NCBI GenBank assembly: GCA_964645245.1
Contig: CAZYBS010000001.1
Coordinates: 91,388-155,387 of the forward strand
Source of the DNA: an uncultured Candidatus Saccharibacteria bacterium
GTDB taxonomy: Bacteria > Patescibacteriota > Minisyncoccia > Phycocordibacterales > UBA9973
DNA: 64,000 nucleotides
Direction of reading: 5' to 3'
In this document: positions 57,350-64,000 of the stretch, in pieces
How the letters are laid out: every line of letters begins with the position of its first letter
Position numbering within the stretch: position 1 is the stretch's first letter
The notes under the pieces: model-generated
What the model was told of the DNA's origin: nothing
What the model saw: only the letters and a program-made list of their open reading frames with translations
Databases searched by the model: none
Translations under genes and position numbers: made by a program

Positions 57350-59048
57350 ATTCTTCGTTTAGGTCCACTACGCTTTGCACTTCTTCCAGCGAGGTAATTC
57401 CTTTTAAGATTTTTACCATGCCGTCTTGGCGCATAGAAAGTATTCCTTGCTGGCTGGCCACTTTTTTAATTTCACGCTCGCTTGGATTTTCCGGCATTAT
57501 TTTTTCTATCGCCTCGTCGGTTTTAATCGCCTCAAAGACGCCTATGCGTCCACTGTAACCGATTGAATTGCATTTCTCACAGCCTACCGGAGAGAAAATT
57601 TTAAAAGGTGCACCGGGCTTTAGGTTGTATTTTGAAAAATCTTTACCTTCTTCCTTCATGCTATCCAAAACTAATTTTATAGTTTTAGCTTCTTTGGGAA
57701 TAGGGGTATTTTCTTTTTTGCAAAGCTTGCAGAGCCTGCGTACCAAACGCTGAGCCATGGAAAGAGATAAAGCTGAAACCATAATCTTTGGATTTACTCC
57801 AAGGTCAATCAGACGGGGGATAACACCAGCGGCATTGTTGGTGTGCAGGGTAGAGAAAACCATGTGACCAGTCAGCGATGATTGCACCGCAATTTCGGCC
57901 GTTTCGCCGTCGCGGATTTCTCCGACCATTATTACATCCGGATCTTGGCGCAAGGCCGAACGCAATCCTTCCGGGAAAGTATACTTCCTTTTCAAGCTTA
58001 TTTGCGTTTGAGTTATACCGGGAAGGTGGTATTCCACCGGGTCTTCAATTGTGATTATGTTTATTTCCGGGGAATATATTTTTCGTAAAAATGCGTAGAG
58101 GGTTGTTGTTTTTCCAGACCCGGTCGGACCGGTGACCAGAATTAAGCCATTTGGTTTTGCAATTTCATTTTTAACAATTTCAAAAAGGTAAGACTCAATT
58201 CCCAATTCTTCAAGGTCCACCTGGATGGATTTTGGGTCCAAGATGCGCATCACGATTGATTCACCGTAAGAGCCGGGAATAAGCGAAGAACGGATACTTA
58301 TTTCTTCCGGCCCTTCCATAATATTAAAACGCCCGTCTTGCGCTATCTTGGAAGTTAGCTTCATGCCGGAGAGGAGCTTGATGCGTGAATTGAGCAAGTT
58401 ATATATATCAAGCCCAAAGAAATTTATGTCTTGCAGCACACCATCCAGCCGCAGCCGCAGCCGTCCTCGGTCTTTTTCCGGCTCGATGTGTATGTCCGAA
58501 GCTTTGATGGCGATTGCTCCGGCCAGGATTATTTCCAGCAGATGAGAAATTTTGTGAATTTTATTTCCTTCCAGCGCTTCAATTACCAGCTTTTCAATAT
58601 CTTGAATGTGTTGTATGTTTTTTGCAATCTCTCTCAAAACTTCCCCAGAGATGTCCAGACCGCCGATTTTTGAGCTTTCGGCCATGGAAATTTCTTTATA
58701 TCTGTCCCAGACTTTATTTAGACTGGCGTTGGAGGCCATATAAAAGGCAGGCACTAAATTCTTTCTTTCCATTGCATCTTTAAGACTTTCTATCAACTCC
58801 GGAGTCGGAGAACGCACCGCTATGAAAATGTTTTTTCCAAAAAGTTTAAAAGGTGCGACCTTCATTTCAATGGCCTCTTTCTCCGATATTGCCCTGAGCG
58901 CTTCATTGTCTATGCCCAGGCGATACAGGTCAATATAAGGGAGGCCGTATTTGGACTCCGCTAACGTCGCCACCAGCTGCTCTTCTTCTTGTTTATGCAA
59001 GTCCTCCAGCTGCTTATTTTGTTTTTCTTCGTCAAAATTCGCCATCAT
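57348..59048 (-). CDS. GspE/PilB-family pilus assembly ATPase
   Basis: ASDIHIEP, TGPTGSGKTTTLY, LRQDPDVIMVGEIRD, STLHTN, two CxxC. Confidence 0.93.
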   Translation of the reverse strand: MMANFDEEKQNKQLEDLHKQEEEQLVATLAESKYGLPYIDLYRLGIDNEALRAISEKEAIEMKVAPFKLFGKNIFIAVRSPTPELIESLKDAMERKNLVPAFYMASNASLNKVWDRYKEISMAESSKIGGLDISGEVLREIAKNIQHIQDIEKLVIEALEGNKIHKISHLLEIILAGAIAIKASDIHIEPEKDRGRLRLRLDGVLQDINFFGLDIYNLLNSRIKLLSGMKLTSKIAQDGRFNIMEGPEEISIRSSLIPGSYGESIVMRILDPKSIQVDLEELGIESYLFEIVKNEIAKPNGLILVTGPTGSGKTTTLYAFLRKIYSPEINIITIEDPVEYHLPGITQTQISLKRKYTFPEGLRSALRQDPDVIMVGEIRDGETAEIAVQSSLTGHMVFSTLHTNNAAGVIPRLIDLGVNPKIMVSALSLSMAQRLVRRLCKLCKKENTPIPKEAKTIKLVLDSMKEEGKDFSKYNLKPGAPFKIFSPVGCEKCNSIGYSGRIGVFEAIKTDEAIEKIMPENPSEREIKKVASQQGILSMRQDGMVKILKGITSLEEVQSVVDLNEE

Positions 59049-59082
59049 GAAGAATTATAGCGTAAGTGGTATAATTTACATA

Positions 59083-61491
59083 ATGCTCAAAGAAAATGAT
59101 AAGAATAGTAAAACTTTAGTATTATTGGATGCCCATGCCATCATCCATCGCGCTTATCATGCGTTGCCGGAATTTTTATCATCCCAAGGCGAGCCCACCG
59201 GGGCATTATACGGCCTCTGCAGTATGTTGATGAAAATAGTTGCCGACTTAAAACCGGATTATGTTGTAGCCTGTTATGACTTGCCGCAGAAAACATTTAG
59301 GCATGAAGCATATGATAACTACAAAGCCGGTAGAGCCAAAACAGACGATGGCCTAATTTTACAACTAAAAAATTCTCGTTCCATATTTGAAGCCTTCAAT
59401 ATTCCTATGTACGACAGCCCGGGTTTTGAAGCGGATGATGTATTGGGAACGATAGTTGAGAAAATGAAGAACCTCACCCTTCACCCTCTCCTTAATAAGG
59501 AGAGGGTTGGGGAGAGGTTGAACATAATTATTGCCTCCGGTGATATGGACACGATGCAATTGGTGGATGATAAAAAAGTGCAAGTCTATACCCTTAAAAA
59601 AGGCATCAATGAAACTGTTTTATATGATGAAGATGCGGTCGTCGCACGGTTTGGATTTAAGCCGGAACTTTTACCGGATTATAAGGGTTTGCGCGGCGAT
59701 CCGTCAGACAATATTGTTGGCATTAAAGGCATCGGGGAAAAGACAGCCACGACTTTAATCACGACTTTTGGCACGATTGAGGAAATTTACAGAAAAATAA
59801 AAAAGAGTCCAGAAATCTTCTCTAAAGCCAAGATTAGTCCCAGGATTATAGAATTAATTAAAAATAATGAAGAAGAGGCCCTATTTTCAAAAACCCTGGC
59901 CAAGATTAGGACCGACGCGCCGATAGATTTCACCTTACCCCAAAAAACTTTTTGGGAGAATGTAGATTTAAAAAAGATAGAACAAGTTTTTGCCCTATTT
60001 GAATTTCGGAGTTTGTTTACGCGCTTGAAAAGTTTTTTTAGAAATAATCACTTCGAAAATTCTCTAAACTCGCCAGCTGTAAATAATATAGATCAAAAGC
60101 AATTACAGGAAGCAGGCATTGCTCTCTGGCTTATTAATTCTGATATAGCCAATCCAAATTTAGAAGATATTTTATTGTTTGCGAAAACTGATTCTTTCCA
60201 AATTGCTTATGAATATATTTTCAAAACATTAAAAGATAAAAATCTGGATAAAGTGTACGAAGAAATAGAAAAACCGATAATACATACGGTAAAAGAGATG
60301 GAAGATTACGGAATTTTGATAGATAAGAAATACTTTGAAAATTTAGGATATGAATATCATAAAGAATTGGATAAACTTACCGCCAGAATATATAAAATGG
60401 CGGGAGTAGAGTTTAATATAAATTCTCCAAAGCAACTAGGGGAAGTGCTTTTTGGCAAAATGGGGATGAAATCGAGCAGGAAGAGGGGCGAGCGTTTCTC
60501 TACTAAGGTTTCCGTCTTAGAAGAACTGGAAGAAGAAAATCCGATTATCAAAGAAATATTAGCTTATCGGGAATTGCAAAAACTGCTTTCCACCTATATT
60601 GACGTAATTCCCAAAATGGTTGGAAAAGATGGCCGACTGCATGCAAAATTTTTACAAAATGGCGCGACCACGGGAAGATTTTCTTCGCAAGATCCTAATT
60701 TACAAAACTTACCAATTAAGACAGAACTGGGGAAGAGAATCCGAGGGGGATTTATCGCGCCAAAGGGTTGTAAACTTTGCGCTTTTGATTATAGTCAGAT
60801 TGAACTACGAGTCGCGGCTATGCTCTCGGGGGACAAAAAAATGACAGCAATATTCCGTGAGCGAAAAGACATTCACTCGGGTGTAGCATCTTTTGTTTTT
60901 GGCGTGCCGATAGAAAAAGTGGATAGTGAGATGCGTCGCAAGGCAAAGGTGATAAATTTCGGCATCCTTTATGGTATGGGAATTTCGGCTTTACGGAAGA
61001 ACCTCGGAGGTAGCCGCCAAGAGGCGCAGAAGTTTTACGATAATTATTTCAATCAATTTTCCGGTGTACGGGATTATTTGGAAAAAGTGAAAGCTTTTGC
61101 TCTTAAAAATTCTTACACCGAAACTTTATTCGGTCGGCGCCGGAATTTCCCGAATATAAACTCTAGGATTCCATTTTTGAAAAATATGGCGCAGCGCACC
61201 GCTACTAATGCGCCGATTCAGGGTACAGCCACGGCGGATATTATTAAGCTGGCCATCAGGTGTGTAGAAGAAGATTTGAAAAGCGCAAGGCTATTAAATA
61301 GGGTTCATCTAGTGCTGCAAATACACGACGAGCTGGTTTATGAGATAGAAGATAGTATTTTACAAAAAGCTGATAAAATAATAAAAAATGCCATGCAGGG
61401 CGTACTTTCCAGGTCTTATTTACATTATCAGACCGAGATTCCGCTGGAAGTGCATTCCAGTTCGGGGGATAACTTCGGAGAGATTAAATAG
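59083..61491 (+). CDS. polA: DNA polymerase I (start revised; 3'-5' exo region truncated)
   Basis: LLDAHA 5'-exo, GDPSDN, TGRFSS, DYSQIELR, QIHDEL. Confidence 0.95.
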   Translation: MLKENDKNSKTLVLLDAHAIIHRAYHALPEFLSSQGEPTGALYGLCSMLMKIVADLKPDYVVACYDLPQKTFRHEAYDNYKAGRAKTDDGLILQLKNSRSIFEAFNIPMYDSPGFEADDVLGTIVEKMKNLTLHPLLNKERVGERLNIIIASGDMDTMQLVDDKKVQVYTLKKGINETVLYDEDAVVARFGFKPELLPDYKGLRGDPSDNIVGIKGIGEKTATTLITTFGTIEEIYRKIKKSPEIFSKAKISPRIIELIKNNEEEALFSKTLAKIRTDAPIDFTLPQKTFWENVDLKKIEQVFALFEFRSLFTRLKSFFRNNHFENSLNSPAVNNIDQKQLQEAGIALWLINSDIANPNLEDILLFAKTDSFQIAYEYIFKTLKDKNLDKVYEEIEKPIIHTVKEMEDYGILIDKKYFENLGYEYHKELDKLTARIYKMAGVEFNINSPKQLGEVLFGKMGMKSSRKRGERFSTKVSVLEELEEENPIIKEILAYRELQKLLSTYIDVIPKMVGKDGRLHAKFLQNGATTGRFSSQDPNLQNLPIKTELGKRIRGGFIAPKGCKLCAFDYSQIELRVAAMLSGDKKMTAIFRERKDIHSGVASFVFGVPIEKVDSEMRRKAKVINFGILYGMGISALRKNLGGSRQEAQKFYDNYFNQFSGVRDYLEKVKAFALKNSYTETLFGRRRNFPNINSRIPFLKNMAQRTATNAPIQGTATADIIKLAIRCVEEDLKSARLLNRVHLVLQIHDELVYEIEDSILQKADKIIKNAMQGVLSRSYLHYQTEIPLEVHSSSGDNFGEIK

Positions 61492-61515
61492 TGGGTTTTG
61501 TGCTACAATAAGAAA

Positions 61516-61980
61516 ATGGAGACAGAAAATAAATATAAGCATAGTGTACATAAAGTTTTGGCACATTCTTATTCGACCTATTTTGTCTTGTTTTTAATTG
61601 GAGTTTTTCTCGATATGCTTTTTCAGTTTAAGATTTTTACCGATTCTATCATGATGCCGGTCGGTTTCTTTTTTGTAGTGTTGGCTTCTATCATAATACT
61701 CTGGGCGCAGAAGACCGGGCATGATTTTAGAAAAATAAAGGAGAAAAAGATAGAACATTTTTACCGAGGGCCGTACTGTTATACCCGCAGTCCGACGCAT
61801 TGGGGCCTTTTTTTCCTGATGCTGGGATTTGGAATTATAGCCAATGCTTTTTTTGTAGTTTTATTTACACTTATTTCTTTCATTATCACAAAATTTGTCT
61901 TTCTGAATAAACAGGAGAGAATCCTGGCGGAGAAATATGGCACTGCTTATATAGAATACAAAAAGTCAGTTAAGTTTTAA
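61516..61980 (+). CDS. ICMT/PEMT-like membrane methyltransferase family protein
   Basis: GPYCYTRSP; ERILAEKYGTAYIEYKKSV. Confidence 0.75.
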   Translation: METENKYKHSVHKVLAHSYSTYFVLFLIGVFLDMLFQFKIFTDSIMMPVGFFFVVLASIIILWAQKTGHDFRKIKEKKIEHFYRGPYCYTRSPTHWGLFFLMLGFGIIANAFFVVLFTLISFIITKFVFLNKQERILAEKYGTAYIEYKKSVKF

Positions 61981-61983
61981 TTT

Positions 61984-62646
61984 ATGATATATCTTTTTAG
62001 CGGTGATGATTCTAATAATAAGCTTAGAGCTTATCAGCAGTTTTCTAAATCTATACCAAAAAGTACTGAAATTTTTTTTGTTAATCGCAATGATTTTAAT
62101 AAAATGCAAATTGAGAGCTTATATTCCGGTTCGGGCCTTTTTTTCGCAGAATCGGCTGTGATATTTTCAAATATTTTTGAATATGAAGAAACACGAGATT
62201 TTATTTTAGAAAAATTGGAGTTGATGAGTAAATCTGCCAACTCTTTTATCTTTTTAGAAGGGAAATTAAACAAGCCGATACTAGATGCTTTTAAGAGGGT
62301 TCGTGCCGAGCTCAATACCTTTCTATTACCCAAAGAAAAAAAGGAAAAATTTGACAATTTTTTAGTAGCCAATGCATTTAGTCAAAAAAATAAATTAAAT
62401 CTTTGGATTTATTTTCGCCAGGCGATAGACAAAGGAGTCGGAATGGAAGAGCTTATTGGCGTCCTTTTTTGGAAAATTAAAGATATGCTGCTAAAGAGAG
62501 ATTTCCGTAAATTCTCCGAAGCCGAGCTTAAAAATTCTGCCTCTCGTCTTTCTTACCTCTTACCACAAACTCGCAAAAAAGGCCTGGATGCCGAATCAGC
62601 CTTTGAGCAGTTTTTACTGGAAGCTTTTAAATATCTTGATTTTTAG
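61984..62646 (+). CDS. Short DNA polymerase III delta-like subunit
   Basis: MIYLFSGDD, SGLF motif, helical collar ending EQFLL. Confidence 0.65.
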   Translation: MIYLFSGDDSNNKLRAYQQFSKSIPKSTEIFFVNRNDFNKMQIESLYSGSGLFFAESAVIFSNIFEYEETRDFILEKLELMSKSANSFIFLEGKLNKPILDAFKRVRAELNTFLLPKEKKEKFDNFLVANAFSQKNKLNLWIYFRQAIDKGVGMEELIGVLFWKIKDMLLKRDFRKFSEAELKNSASRLSYLLPQTRKKGLDAESAFEQFLLEAFKYLDF

Positions 62647-62691
62647 CCTTATTTCATATATATTTCATATATATTCAAGCAATTTTTTCAT

Positions 62692-62762
62692 GCCCCCATA
62701 GCTCAGTGGTAGAGCAGTTGCCTTTTAAGCAATTGACTTAGGTTCGATTCCTAGTGGGGGCA
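62692..62762 (+). tRNA. tRNA-Lys(TTT)
   Basis: GCCCCCA/TGGGGGC acceptor, GTTGC-CTTTTAA-GCAAT arm, GGTTCGATTCC; no CCA. Confidence 0.9.
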
Positions 62763-62763
62763 C

Positions 62764-63399
62764 ATGGACAAAATTACTGAGTTGAACAAATTAGAGCTTG
62801 AAATGACGGAAGACAAAAGCTTGCCGCTTTTAGAGTCCAACCTGGTATTTGGGGAAGGTAATTCCAATTGCCAGGTGATTTTTATCGGGGAGGCACCAGG
62901 TTTTAATGAAGACCGTGAGGGACGGCCATTTGTCGGGCGAGCTGGCCAGCTTCTGCGAAAATTCATTAGAGATCTGGGGTGGCAGGAGAGAGACGTTTAT
63001 ATCACCAATATCTTGAAGCGTCGCCCGCCGGAGAACCGTGATCCAAATCCGGAGGAAATTGAGAGTTACAAACCGTATCTGGCGCGACAGATAGATATTA
63101 TCAATCCGAAAATCATCGTGCCGCTCGGCCGGTTTGCGATGAATTATTTTTTGCCCGCGGCCAAGATTACCCGGGACCAGGGCAAACTATTTAGCACTGG
63201 AAAGTATTTTATTTTACCGATGCTCCATCCGGCCGCGGCTCTGCGCGGCAATGAGGCAATGAAAATGTTTGAAGAAAGTTTCCAAAAACTGCCGGCGGCG
63301 CTTGATAAAGTTAATAAAGGAGAATTTGAGGAGGTAAAGCAAGTTGAATATAGTCAAAAACAAAAAAAATTTGAAGATGTGCAGAAAAAACTTTTTTAA
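62764..63399 (+). CDS. Uracil-DNA glycosylase, family 4
   Basis: IGEAPG, PFVGRAG, HPAA. Confidence 0.92.
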   Translation: MDKITELNKLELEMTEDKSLPLLESNLVFGEGNSNCQVIFIGEAPGFNEDREGRPFVGRAGQLLRKFIRDLGWQERDVYITNILKRRPPENRDPNPEEIESYKPYLARQIDIINPKIIVPLGRFAMNYFLPAAKITRDQGKLFSTGKYFILPMLHPAAALRGNEAMKMFEESFQKLPAALDKVNKGEFEEVKQVEYSQKQKKFEDVQKKLF

Positions 63400-63416
63400 T
63401 AATCTAAAATATAATA

Positions 63417-63944
63417 ATGCGCCAGGAAAATGTTTTAATACTGCATAATATTCGCAGTGTGGAGAATGTCGGAGCGATGTTTCGCACCGCGGATGCGGCT
63501 GGGATCAATAAAATTTATTTGACTGGCTACACGCCAACACCGCTTGATAGGTTTGGCAGGAAAAGGCGTGATATGGCGAAGTCGGCATTAGGCGCGGAAG
63601 AATTTGTGCCTTGGGAGCAAAAGAAAAATATCTTTTCATTACTTACGAAGCTGAAAAATGAAAACTATTTAATTATTGGCATAGAACAAGCTAAAAATTC
63701 TACTGACTATAAAAAAGTGTCCGCCCGAGGCGGACCAGCCTTTGGCTGGAAGAAAAAAGCCTTCATCGTCGGCGCTGAAGTAACAGGAATTCCTAAAAGT
63801 ATTCTAAAAAAATGCGACATAATTGCCGAGATTCCAATGCGCGGCAAACTTGCCCGAAATCGTCTTCCTGACGACGTCGGGAAAGAATCGTTAAACGTCT
63901 CCGTGGCGCTGGGGATTGTGCTGTTTAGAGTGCTTAATTTGTAA
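63417..63944 (+). CDS. TrmH/SpoU-family RNA methyltransferase
   Basis: NVGAMFRTAD, VGAEVTG, SLNVSVA. Confidence 0.92.
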   Translation: MRQENVLILHNIRSVENVGAMFRTADAAGINKIYLTGYTPTPLDRFGRKRRDMAKSALGAEEFVPWEQKKNIFSLLTKLKNENYLIIGIEQAKNSTDYKKVSARGGPAFGWKKKAFIVGAEVTGIPKSILKKCDIIAEIPMRGKLARNRLPDDVGKESLNVSVALGIVLFRVLNL

Positions 63945-63961
63945 AATTACTATAAATAGTT

Positions 63962-64000
63962 ATGAAAAAAATTGCCATTGTCTTGTCAGAAGGAGGAATG
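63962..64000 (+). CDS. 5' end of a possible patatin-like protein (truncated by window)
   Basis: MKKIAIVLSEGGM resembles the patatin Gly-rich start; only 13 codons visible. Confidence 0.35.
   Translation, partial: MKKIAIVLSEGGM

Noticed and set aside
58951-59082. Long N-terminal extension of PolA (likewise for xth, TrmB-2 and the 6971 gene)
   Set aside because: Overlaps neighbouring genes or promoters; downstream ATGs fit domain starts and -10 spacing
641-62966. Many antisense or alternate-frame ORFs in the track
   Set aside because: They overlap well-supported genes and lack motifs; treated as shadow ORFs
1-64000. CRISPR array
   Set aside because: Repeats are dispersed palindromes; no regular repeat-spacer array and no cas genes

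Overview
Chromosomal segment spanning the replication origin (rpmH-dnaA-dnaN) of a small AT-rich bacterium. Gene content (pilin/PrgI/VirB4 cluster, Cys-rich Zn protein, several TrmB regulators, short HolA, tRNAs without encoded CCA) points to Patescibacteria/CPR, probably Parcubacteria; this assignment is inference. It holds housekeeping genes (liv ABC transporter, lexA, comM, pnp, rpsO, xer, xth, cca, intein-containing pcrA, rsmA, yidC-rnpA, PBP, tyrS, ruvBC, pilB-type ATPase, polA, udg), 5 tRNAs, a hicBA module, a TMEM175 channel and a T4SS-like cluster. Most notable: (1) several families of palindromic elements that sit both between genes and in-frame inside core genes, including long hairpins with conserved loop cores but unrelated arms; (2) a complete type III hammerhead ribozyme at 17284-17332; (3) an orphan operon whose second protein combines a FliM-type CheY-binding peptide, an FtsK-gamma domain and a TM helix; (4) a pilin-like/L,D-transpeptidase fusion; (5) eight parS-like sites in 1.8 kb, most inside ORFs; (6) a recurrent -10-box/6-nt/start-codon leaderless architecture. 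All calls come from reading the sequence; no searches were run.
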